A DNA stretch of 64,000 nt from assembly GCA_051362555.1 (NCBI GenBank), contig CM120640.1, positions 55,034,788 to 55,098,787 of the forward strand. The letters are read 5' to 3'. Of the stretch, positions 26,601 through 38,600 are shown piece after piece. The translations under genes were made by a program, and so were the position numbers. The stretch is from Lingula anatina (Eukaryota > Animalia > Brachiopoda). Below the pieces are notes generated by a model. That model was not told where the DNA came from. It searched no databases and was given only the letters and a program-made list of their open reading frames with translations. Positions within the stretch are counted from its first letter, which is position 1. Every line of letters starts with the position of its first letter.

Positions 26601-29600
26601 GCCTGAAATGGGATCAACAAGAATGCGCCTGAAATTAGCGATATGTGTTAAATTAGCAGAGATATCAAAATAAACCTGTTTTCCAGTTCAATGCAACCCC
26701 CTAGCCTAACTAAAGCACACGTAAGTTGAAAACAGAGCTGATGTTATGAAATCCCAGACACACATTTTCAGACAAACCTTAGATCTAACGAATGAATGCC
26801 AGCTTTCATCAAATGAGAGTTCTAATTAATTTTGACACTGGTCTAAATCGTTCTCTTGAAGCCATAAACTGAAGCGAGAAATCAGCCTTTTAGTGCTCCC
26901 CGGAGATTCCAACGTTATATAATCAGTGAGCTGCATTGGCAAGCTGAGAAATTTAGTTATTTATACTGGTTCAGCCCTCTACTCACTGCCTATGTAACTG
27001 TCACAATGTCTTTCATCCATTTTCAACATTATTATTGAACATTTTCAACAGGAGGCCCCCTCCATGCATTGACAGCAGCCACCATGTTAGTCGTGAGGTC
27101 AGCCTTCTTCACCACGTGACACCTAGGGGGAGTGCCTTTGCCCATATACGTCTCATCTATATGTCTGCTTTTTAGAGCTTTAGTAGATCGTCAGAATTAA
27201 GTTCACTGATAAATTCAAAATGAAAAGTATTGTTTGGCAAGTGAAAGCGGGAGGTTACTCACAGAATGTGAAAGGCTTAGCAGCAATCTAGTACGGGAAA
27301 TATACAGCTGCACAGTGGAGCTGCCAATCAAACACATATATTAACAAGTGTGACCTACTTTAAAACTCAGACACGCTACCACAGGGGTAAATCAGCAATT
27401 AGGCTAAAATTACGGGTTTATTTGTAAACTTCCATTATTTTAAGATAGGCTGATATGTAGTTGTTATTTCATCTATTTAATACTGACAAATTCAGAAAAA
27501 CACCCACATTTTGGCCATTTACTGTTAATTGCATCCTTAATAGACGGATGGTAAGGAATTTTTTTGCACTCTAATTAAAAATTAATGTTGGCTCACTAGC
27601 CGAGCGCACCATAGTTAATTACCCCCTTACAGCTTTTAGTAGGCGGGACAGACGCTTAAGCCGGCTAAGCTGACAGTAATCTAGTGAGACTCCCCACAGG
27701 GATAGATCGATCTAAAATCTATGGGAATGGGGTCTAAAACTCCAGTGGATTCAATCAAATTCCAAAATCTTAAAAGTTCAAAAATTTCACTTACTTTATC
27801 ATTATTCAATTAAAAGCAGACACATGAGCATTCATACCATGGCCCATAGGAGCCTACGCGTGCGTCTTTTAGACGCCCCTTTACATGCGAAAACGACAAT
27901 GCCTATGCCGAGTTCGTCTTTTACTACAGAGCTTTGAGAGCCGAAAATGGCATGGCTGTGTCTCTTTCGCCACTTACTGAACTCCAGAGATGCGAGATTG
28001 ACACGACCCATGTCGCGTTTGTCTCTCAAAAGACACTGTTATAAAACATGAAATAGGCATTACGTGTGATTTTCGCAGCTGAATAAGTAGACCCTTATAA
28101 ACGAAGTTGACGTGACCTTAGAGTCATGTCGCTTTCAACTTTTACAAACCTCCAACAAAATCTATCTCCACACAGACGCGCGCGACATGTACTATTGGAC
28201 ATGGGTCAGTTGAAAGCGACATTAACCTAAATGGCTCATGTTACTTTCAGCCAATTAATTTGAAACAGAAGGACCGTCTTAAAACCCTTTATATTTGAAT
28301 CCTTGAAAATAAAAATATGAGGCCATATAATTATTACAAGCAATTAGCCACACTGTTATCTAGATAGCACTAAATTATGATGGGGTTCAAATGAAAAAAT
28401 GTTTTGGGACAGCACAACACTGTTTCAAATTAATTGGATTTGACATATAAGAGTTGGCTGAAAGTAACATGAGCCCTTTAGGTTAATAGGATTTCAACTG
28501 ACCCATGTCCAATAGTACATGTCGCGCGTCTGTGTGGAGATAGATTTTGTTGGAGGTTTGTAAGAGTTGAAAGCGACATGACTCTCAAGTTACGTCAACT
28601 TCGTTTATAAGGGTCTACTTATTCAGCTGCGAAAATCACACGTTGTGCCTATTTCATGTTTTATAACAGTGTCATTTGAGAGATGAACGCGACAAGGGTC
28701 GTGTCAATCTCACATCTGTGGAGTTCAGTAAGTGGCGAAAGAGACACAGCCATGTCATTTTCAGCTCTCAAAGCTCTGTAGTAAAAGACGAACTCGGCAT
28801 AGGCCTTGTCGTTTTCGCATGTAAAGGGGCGTCTAAAAGACGCACGCGTAGGCTCCTAAGGGCCATGGTACATTCAAATCCTTCAGATATCTGAATACTC
28901 TTAAAAAGATAACTTACTGCTTTTCTTCTCAAAGTATCCACCAGTTGCCATTTTGGACCTTCACCAATAGTACGTCGTAACAGAATCTCTGGACTCAACC
29001 TGGAACAGGTTTCATCCCAAATGAAACACAATAGTAAATGTTACACTGTTACTTACTCATATATTTCCTGATCACACCATTGGGCAAAAACACTATAGTT
29101 ATGACATAAAAAAGACAACAAATTCCATTTTTTTTTCTTTTTGCATTCAAAATCATATATAAATAAATATCTTTCATTAATATAAAATCATTTTCATTTA
29201 ATTGTCTGAAGTATTTATCCTACCACCAGTCTGTGATGAAAATTTCCTCTTTTGCACTTTCCAGAGCAAGGGACACTGCATAAAAATAAGAGTCTCCATC
29301 AACAAACCTGTAAGAAATGATGAAGCAGATCAACTCATCTTATCTATAAAATATTAAAATTAAATTAAATCAATACAACCTCAACCACAGTTACCAAAAG
29401 AAAATCCTTAACTTCTCAAAATAAAAAAAATGCTGATGCTTAAATATACATACCAGTTGGCAAATGCATCTTCTCTAACAGGCGCATAAGATAAATAGCG
29501 GTTCTCAGTGGTGAAGTCATCTGCTGTGGTCTTTATGACATCTGAAACAGCATCATACCATTCCTTGGCTTTGTTGTGGGTCTTACATTTCAGCATGAGG

Positions 29601-32600
29601 CGCCTGCAAACATGAATTAACAATTTGATTTATTCGATGAGTTACACTTCTACCAAAATAAAAAATAAAAAACACCTCTCATCTAGCAAGATCCTCTTCC
29701 ACTATAATTTGATTTTGTACAGTCAGTGTAATCAAGAAAAGTTTTTTCCAAAACACCTGCTATAAATGAGAATTATAACTTGTGTTTAACTCTTTACCTA
29801 GTCAAATTGGACACTATGAGACCATGATGTATCCCAGTGTCAATGAGACCATATCCAACATCAAACTCATCATCTATCAACATGACATCACCAAGACGTC
29901 CACTGCTGCTGATGTAGGCTACAAAAGTGTCCTTCAGAACAAGCCACCTAAAAGTACAAAATAAACTGAAAATAGGCATCAAATGTACATGATGGAAGTA
30001 AGGCAAGCTGTGCTGACAACTTCATAACTACCAGTTATAAGCAAGTGATGCTCATATCTACCCCAATTGTCAAACTGTGTCATTTCATGTCACATATCAA
30101 ATTCTAAAAAGATTTCCCAAATCTTGCCAAAATCTTACATAAATGACATTTACTTCTTTAGACCAAATAAATCTTTTGTCTGGTTCAATTTTTTCTAGTA
30201 AAAGCTACTTTCACAAGACTATTATTTGTCAAGAAACTCAAAGAAAACATTAAAAAGATCAATTCAGAAATTTTTGACTGTCAATAATTTAAATTTTGTG
30301 CAATTCTGGTAAATATAGCTGTGAAACTGACCTTTTTGACCATCTTCCTGTTTTCAGTTTTGATGACAACCCAAAACATCCTGTGCCTGCCCTGCGCCCA
30401 CCTGCTCTTTTTAGCACACTTCCTTCTCGGAGTTTGCGCCCAAGGTTGTATACAAATGAGAGCCTTGAGACATTTAGGAATGCTAACTAAAAATAGGAAT
30501 ATTCAAAGATATAAAGAAATGAAAAGTAAAAAAGTTGACAAATCATCAACAACAAAGCTTATATAAAGTTGATGATTTTAAATTGTTCAAGAAGTTTTTT
30601 TTACTAACATGAGAGTGAATCTTTATGATGGATGGAAGTCATAGTCACATAAAAAATATTTCATGGTCTAACAAAACCTATTGTGCTTACAGTTTCTGGA
30701 TGGTTTCTGTAGACAGATGAGTTAAGCACATTTTGGAGATAATTTTGGAGCAGTTTCTGCAAGAAAAAAGGTTTTATTTAAGAATTACATGTATGCCATT
30801 TTACCAAAGGTTTAAATTGCTCAAAATTCAAAGTTGAAAAAAATGCAACAGAGATTTCTGAAATCACTGAAAATTCATCACAAAAATATAATTATCAGAT
30901 CAAAATTATATACTTTCTACATTTGCCAATACATAAATGGCCAACATTAACTTTTGATTAGAGTGCAAAAAAAAAAAAAAAATTCTTACCATCCGTCTAT
31001 TAAGTCTATCCTCAGTAATGAATGCATCAGGTGACTTTGGGAATCTTGGTAAAAATCGCTTCTTTTTTCTCTGTTCCTGATGTCTAAAAAGAGTGGATAT
31101 ATATATAGAGAGTGATGACAGTGTCTAGTAAGGATAGCATCAATGAAATCCCTCACCTGGATAATTTTTGTTGGTGTTTCTATCTGGCAAATAACACTAC
31201 TAAATGGGTCTGCATATTGACACAGCATTATCAGCACTAAGGCCCCATTCAGAATGGTTGATCCGAATACTTACTGATCTGCCTACTAAATAAGGCCGAC
31301 CACAGTTCAAAAGTGATGCTGCTGATTCCTGATGGTCTCCCCGACTCCACACGTGCCATTAAATGGATTAAATGTCTGCTCTGAGGTTTAATTGCTAGGT
31401 CCCTGCAGCTACAGCAGATTAGTAAGTAATCAGATCATCCATTCTGAATGGGGCCTAAGACTGAAAGGTGTGCTACATAATCCCATTATCAGTAGCGCAT
31501 GCATATATACCCCTACACTGTGCAAGCATTAATCAAGAATAAAAAATTGTACTGGTTTGATGTTGGTATCTTTTGATAGGATACCTTATATTATTTCACA
31601 GTTCTGCTTATGGACCAATACCCCTATGTAACAAAAAATTTATTCAGAGATGGTATATATTTAACAATAATTCTATCCTCTCAGTGTTAAAAAAAAATTG
31701 GCAATATTTATGTACTAATGCAAACCTGCATTGCTTAATATAATATTCTTACACATTTGCAGAACATAGTGGGGTACCTGTGGCTTTTATATGACTTGAA
31801 CAGGTCACCTAGTACACATAGCACTGTATACTGGCCTAGTGACCAGTTGACAGTGAAGTAATGACAAGTCAACATGGTCATCTTATCTATTGCAGTCAGT
31901 TATGTGTCTTCATTCCCCCTGTTCTGCTATAGCCAGACTGATATGATAAATAACTGGGCTTGCAGCATGTGTATCCCATCAAGCAAACAAAATCTTCAAA
32001 TCTTTCAGATAATATTCAGGTTGACTATGGAAATACAGGTTCACATTAATTTTTCTTAAATACAGAGTTTTTTCAGGTCCAATTACACTTGGCTACGTAC
32101 TTGGCAAATGTCAAATAATGCTAAGGTTAGCTCAGGTTTATGATATAATGATATTGGCTGAGGTCATTCTGTTACAATACACAGGTGTGTTTTGCTCTGA
32201 TGGACATTCACTATGCAGTTTCACCTACGTATAACATAAAAAGAGTGATACAAATGATTACCAAAGCTTCTGACCTGCACCACTCCTTTATAATGATCAA
32301 ATTGACCCTTTCTAATAGAAAAACAACACTGCCCAACCTTGATAACCCCAGTTCTGTCTACCTCTCACAGATAGCCAGTGCTACAGTTACCAGGTAATGA
32401 TGCCTTTTAAGATAAAGGATGATTATAAACAGCTGCAAAAAGGAACTGATGAACAACATAAACATTTTCTTGTTCCATTAATAAAATGTTGTGACTTAAC
32501 AAGCCCTGTACATCAACCATAGGTAATTTGGGTGAAAGGATATTTCAAATATTTTTCATTTTCTTACTTTAAACGTGAAAAGCCCATAAGCGCTGTCTAT

Positions 32601-35600
32601 TTTAGATAACTGCAATAAATAACTTCCCACAAACTATTTACTGAGTCTGTACATCACATGAAGAAAGCTATACTTCTGACAGTAACAGGCTGTACTAGAT
32701 ACAATAAATATGGGGAAAAGGAATTCCCTGTCTGACAGAATAGCACAGCTTCTTAAATACCATGCTATTTACCACCTGAAAACCCCTTATTAAAGACTGT
32801 TCATGTCATGCATGTTGTATGTTATCCTCATAGTCCTGAATATCTTGTAAGAACTTTTCAATAATATTGCTTAGAACAAAAATGACTGTCACAATATAGT
32901 TCGAGTTATTACTCTTTTAAAATTCTATTAGCACAAATAATGTAAACACAACATAATCAATTATAATTATCTACACTATGATATTTGTTGTATCATCAAT
33001 ATATTGGTACAGTTATGATCATCATCACAGCAACGGTATCAATACAAACAAGGGTATAAAAGCTATCTAAATAAGATATCCAAACAAAGTTTAAATCAAA
33101 ACGAACAACATCTTCTTACATAATTATCAGAACAAAGTTTGCAGCAAAGCCAGTATGCTCCACCCTGAGTTAAAACCATGAACCAACTCTTCTCCACAAG
33201 ATAAACTGGCTGTCACCATGGCATGTTTATACAGAGAACAGTCTCTTTTAGGCAATTTTAAAAACTCAGGGTGATATGCTAAAAACTACCCCCCCCCCCC
33301 CCCATCCACCTGCCTGATATCTGAATAGCATGCCAATACATGCTATCTCCTCAAGATAAATCAATTTATAGACCACTAATTACCTGGACTGCTGTGGCTA
33401 CTACCTGCCCATCAATATCATGTTACAAAAGCCACTTCAAAAATAATCCAAAAATCAATAATAACTAGAGGATCAGAGAGGCGATACCGCCTCCGAATAT
33501 TGTACCACCAGCTGGAGCAAGCGCATTCGTATAGACCCCCACATACACAAAATAAGGGGTGCAGCCACCAGTCTTGTGCTTGACAAGCTGTAAAAATGCA
33601 ATCAACAAGAATTTTCAAAATATGCAAAAAATATATATAACTAAAAATGGTGCAATCAAAGTTAAGTTCATTGTAAGGTAGGTCAAAGGTCAATTTCAAG
33701 GTCACAGTAAATTGCCAGTATATGACTTCCTATCCAACTTCAATAGTAACTATGGACCTATCTCTGCCAGTTTTGGAGATAAAAGGGAAGCAAAATTTGC
33801 AAAGTTCAGTTCATGGTGAAAAGTAGGTCAAAGGTCAATTTCAAGGTCACAGTAAGATTGCCAGTATATGACTTCCTATTCAACTTCAATAGTAACTATG
33901 GACCTATCTCTGCCAGTTTTGGAGATAAAAGGGAAGCAAAATTTGCAAAGTTCAGTTCATGGTGAAAAGAAGGTCAAAGGTCAATTTCAAGGTCACAGTA
34001 AAATTGCCAGTATATGACTTCCTATGCAAGTTCAATAGTAACTATGGACCTATCTCTGCCAGTTTTGGAGATAAAAGGGAAGCAAATTTTGCAAAGTTCA
34101 GTTCAAGGTGAAAAGTAGGTCAAAGGTCAATTTCAAGGTCACAGTAAAATTGCCAGTATATGACTTCCTATTCAAGTTCAATAGTAACTATGGACCTATC
34201 TCTGCCAGTTTTGGAGATAAAAGGGAAGCAAAATTTGCAAAGTTCAGTTCATGGTGATAAGTAGGTCAAAGGTCAATTTCAAGGTCACAGTAAGATTGCC
34301 AGTATATGACTTCCTATTCAACTTCAATAGTAACTATGGACCTATCTCTGCCAGTTTTGGAGATAAAAGGGAAGCAAAATTTGCAAAGTTCAGTTCATGG
34401 TGAAAAGTAGGTCAAAGGTCAATTTCAAGGTCACATTTAGATTGCCAGTATATGACTTCCTATTCAACTTCAATAGTAACTATGGACCTATCTCTGCCAG
34501 TTTTGGAGATAAAAGGGAAGCAAAATTTGCAAAGTTCAGTTCATGGTGAAAAGAAGGTCAAAGGTCAATTTCAAGGTCACAGTAAAATTGCCAGTATATG
34601 ACTTCCTATGCAAGTTCAATAGTAACTATGGACCTATCTCTGCCAGTTTTGGAGATAAAAGGGAAGCAAATTTTGCAAAGTTCAGTTCAAGGTGAAAAGT
34701 AGGTCAAAGGTCAATTTCAAGGTCACAGTAAAATTGCCAGTATATGACTTCCTATTCAAGTTCAATAGTAACTATGGACCTATCTCTGCCAGTTTTGGAG
34801 ATAAAAGGGAAGCAAAATTTGCAAAGTTCAGTTCATGGTGATAAGTAGGTCAAAGGTCAATTTCAAGGTCACAGTAAGATTGCCAGTATATGACTTCCTA
34901 TTCAACTTCAATAGTAACTATGGACCTATCTCTGCCAGTTTTGGAGATAAAAGGGAAGCAAAATTTGCAAAGTTCAGTTCATGGTGAAAAGTAGGTCAAA
35001 GGTCAATGTCAAGGTCACAGTAAGATTGCCAGTATATGACTTCCTATTCAACTTCAATAGTAACTATGGACCTATCTCTGCCAGTTTTGGAGATATAAGG
35101 GACTAAATGTTATAATTTTGGAGTTACCATAATGTGCCATAAATTTCCTACAGAAAAAATTAATTAAAATAAAGAAAAGGTCATTTTGGTCAAAGTTCTT
35201 GAAATGGGAGGTTCTCTGAAGTTGCAGAAGTTTAAATTTGATAAAATAATGTCATTTTTGACCACAAGTTGTCTGCTTTGCCAAGCATTATGTTTTATTT
35301 TTCCGGAGTTCAAAATTTATTATCCATTACCGTACTGCACATTTTTACGGAAGCCGACTGGTGCCATATGTTGAAAAAAAAAATTATCTCGAAATTTCGA
35401 GATAGCATTTTTTTTGTTCAAATTTCAAAATACTATCTCGAAATTTCGAGATAAATTTTTTTGCTCAAATATCAAAATGCTATCTCGAAATTTCGAGATA
35501 ATTTTTTTTTTGTTCAAATTTCAAAATGCTATCTCGAAATTTCGAGATAAAAATTTTTTTTGTTCAAATTTCAAAATAGTATCTCGAAATTTCGAGATAA

Positions 35601-38600
35601 TTTTTTTTTCTACATATGGCACCAGTCGGCTTCCGTACATTTTCCTTTCACCACCAATATGTACTTTCTGATACAGCGTAACTCGAAAACCGTATGGAAT
35701 ACAAAAAAACCGAGACCACTCCCAGTGTTGGGCTTTACATGCTCTACAAAATGCAAAAAAGAATGGGTCTCTAGCATTAACGGTTCCCGAATTAGAGACA
35801 GTTTTCAGTTTCGGTATCTTATGGCCGCTACTCCTGTGAAAATGCACCGATTGACCCCAAATTCACGGAGATGAAAGATGACCTGAAGGGTAACACTTTC
35901 CAATAATATTATTGGTTAAGTCTGTGTGGCGTCTGAATAACAGGGCAAAAAAATTTTTTTTCGTAAAAAATTTCATTTTTTTGAAAATTTTGACCCATTT
36001 GACCTTGAAGTAAAGGTCAAAGGTCAAATCCGAGGGTATATTTGAAATCTACACATATGACTTTTGGAAAGCCGTCTATAGAAATTTTTCCCGTAACTCC
36101 TTCTGTAGGGTAGATAATTAGCATTTAATTTTGCCATTTTTAGACAAGGGTGCATTGCAATGAGTGCCACACCCAGACCCCAATACCGACAAAGCCCAAA
36201 TTTTACGTGGAACGAGTTGAGATTATAGGTGACCTAAATCCATGAGATGGGTACGGGGGCCCTTACCGTCTAGGAGGAGAAGCGGTAACGGTAACATGGC
36301 GGCGGAGCCGGCGGAACGGACCGGACGGGACCGAAACCATGTGTACCGCCAGCGCTAACGCTGGTGGTAAATTTTTTTGTTCAAATTTCAAAATAGTATC
36401 TCGAAATTTCGAGATAATTTTTTTTTCTACATATGGCACCAGTGGGCTTCCGTACATTTTCCTTTCACCACCAATATGTACTTTCTGATACAGCGTAACT
36501 CGAAAACCGTATGGAATACAAAAAAACCGAGACCGCCTCCAGTGTTGGGCTTTACATGCTCTACAAAATGCAAAAAAGAATGGGTCTCTAGCATTAACGG
36601 TTCCCGAATTAGAGACAGTTTTCAGTTTCGGTATCTTATGGCCGCTACTCCTGTGAAAATGCACCGATTGACCCCAAATTCACGGAGATGAAAGATGACC
36701 TGAAGGGTAACACTTTCCAATAATATTATTGGTTAAGTCTGTGTGGTGTCTGAATAACAGGGCAAAAAATTTTTTTTTCGTAAAAAATTTCATTTTTTTG
36801 AAAATTTTGGCCCATTTGACCTTGAAGTAAAGGTCAAAGGTCAAATCCGAGGGTATATTTGAAATCTACACATATGACTTTTGGAAAGCCGTCTGTAGAA
36901 AATTTTCCCGTAACTCCTTCCGTAGGGTAGATAATTAGCATTTAATTTTGCCATTTTTGGACAAGGGTGCATTGCAATGAGTGCCACACCCAGACCCCAA
37001 TACCGACAAAGCCCAAATTTTACGTGGAACGAGTTGAGATTATAGGTGACCTAAATCCATGAGATGGGTATGGGGGGCCTTACCGTCTAGGAGGAGAAGC
37101 GGTAACGGTAGCCGTCCGGCGGAGCCGGCGGAACGATCCGGACGAGACCGAAACCATGTGTACCGCCAGCGCTAACGCTGGTGGTACAATAAAGCAGATT
37201 TGGGAGTGAGGTATAATTTTTATCGAAGAGGTTGCCACACTCACTGGGTTTTAACTATATTGTGTCATGCTCTGGGTATAAGTTAATTTTCTAAATTTGG
37301 TTGTAAGAGGATATAAAAGGACAGACATACCTTGGTTACCCTAGCCCCTTTTACCTTTTTAATTTGGTCAGTGAAAGCATGGAACATGTTATGTTCTTAA
37401 ACTGGCTTTTTTTTATATATATAATGTTCAATGAAGCATGTTTCATTACTGCTATCTGTGCAGCAAAAGTCAATAGTGATGATTTCTGGGATTACTTACT
37501 CTTTGTTTGGCAAAGGAATGTTCAATTTAGCTTTGAAAACCATCAGATGCCTATGAAGCTCCTCAAAATGCTTGTATCTTCTCCTTACTGACCAACTGTG
37601 TAAGCCATGAGTCAGTTTGATGATGTAACTGTAAATGCATGATTAAAACTGAAAAAGGACATTCCCTTCCAAAATAACCTTGTGTTTATGTTCTTGCATT
37701 ATATATGTCAAATGATGAAGAATTTTTATAGGTTATGCACATGTGAATTATGAACACACACTTTATCTTTGGCCAAGAGTATTTTAGCCTCTACGCTGAT
37801 TGATAAATGCTTCTCACATTTTGTTCATTTGCAGGTTAGCAATTAACATTACTGCTTTTCAAGAACTTAGATTTAAGATATACTAAAGTCATACCAAATT
37901 TTGTGCTCTTTAATAAATTTCCTTAAAATGTGTCAACTGTCAATAGTTAAATGTAAAATGAAGTTGCAATGTTCACCCTCTTACTAGTATTCATGTAACA
38001 TAAGAGTAAATATTGTACAAAAAAAAAAAAACATGTTAAACACATATTAACACAACTAAAACACAACCACATTAGATGAAAACTTACACATATGGGCTGA
38101 GTATTTTGTGGATTTTTCTTTCATAATCTGTGATCGTGACAGTTATCTTGGTTTTAGGTATGAAATATTTTCTGCGAAAATTTGTTTCCAAGTCTTTTCT
38201 ATACAGTGAGCTGAATGGAATAATTGGAAGGCCTGAAGAAAAACTTAAATGTGTTACAATTTTTTTAAAATTATTTTTCATAATGATATCAACTATTACA
38301 CAAAATGTCTTATATTACATTATGCAAATCTAGTAACTTTCTTCACTCTCTTTTTCACAAAATAAAGAGGAAATCCCACATTACATATGTAAGTTAAAGG
38401 ATGAAAGATCTCAGTCAGTCTGATAAAACCATTCTCAGTTATAATTACCATCGTCGTCATCTCCTTCGTCCAAGTTAATATCTGCTGTGTCTGGTATTTC
38501 AAGTTCCTCAAAATCTGTATCAGAACATTCTGTAAAGATCGAAACGCTTCTCTGGTATGAGTCCGCCTCCAGAGATTCAAGGTGGTCGATTTTCCTCTCA

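Larger units (their letters stand above)
26094..27734. mobile_element. Harbinger-like MITE hosting a captured PLD exon copy and a nested Kolobok
   Basis: TAA flanks; imperfect TIRs (ttcccagagatttagatcgatc / gatcgatctaaaatctatgggaa); internal direct duplication of about 62 bp at 26180-26243 and 27598-27659. Confidence 0.65.
33465..37190 (-). mobile_element. Non-autonomous Helentron/Helitron2-like (HINE-type) element with internal satellite
   Basis: Minus-strand 3' end is a hairpin GAGGCG-gtat-CGCCTC followed by CTAG|tt; subterminal inverted repeat GTACCACCAGC; palindrome gtaccgccagcgctaacgctggtggtac at the other end; homologous to 46727-48810. Confidence 0.8.

Noticed and set aside
27832-28894. 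Mirrored 65- and 72-aa ORFs as a duplicated small gene
   Set aside because: They are the two arms of a foldback element and start at non-ATG codons.
33679-35097. Regular repeat array as a possible CRISPR
   Set aside because: Units are fully repeated with no unique spacers, no cas genes, and the context is a eukaryotic intron.
35414-36691. ORFs of 85-133 aa in the Helentron
   Set aside because: They derive from palindromic MITE repeats and the 817-bp duplication; no Rep/helicase motifs.
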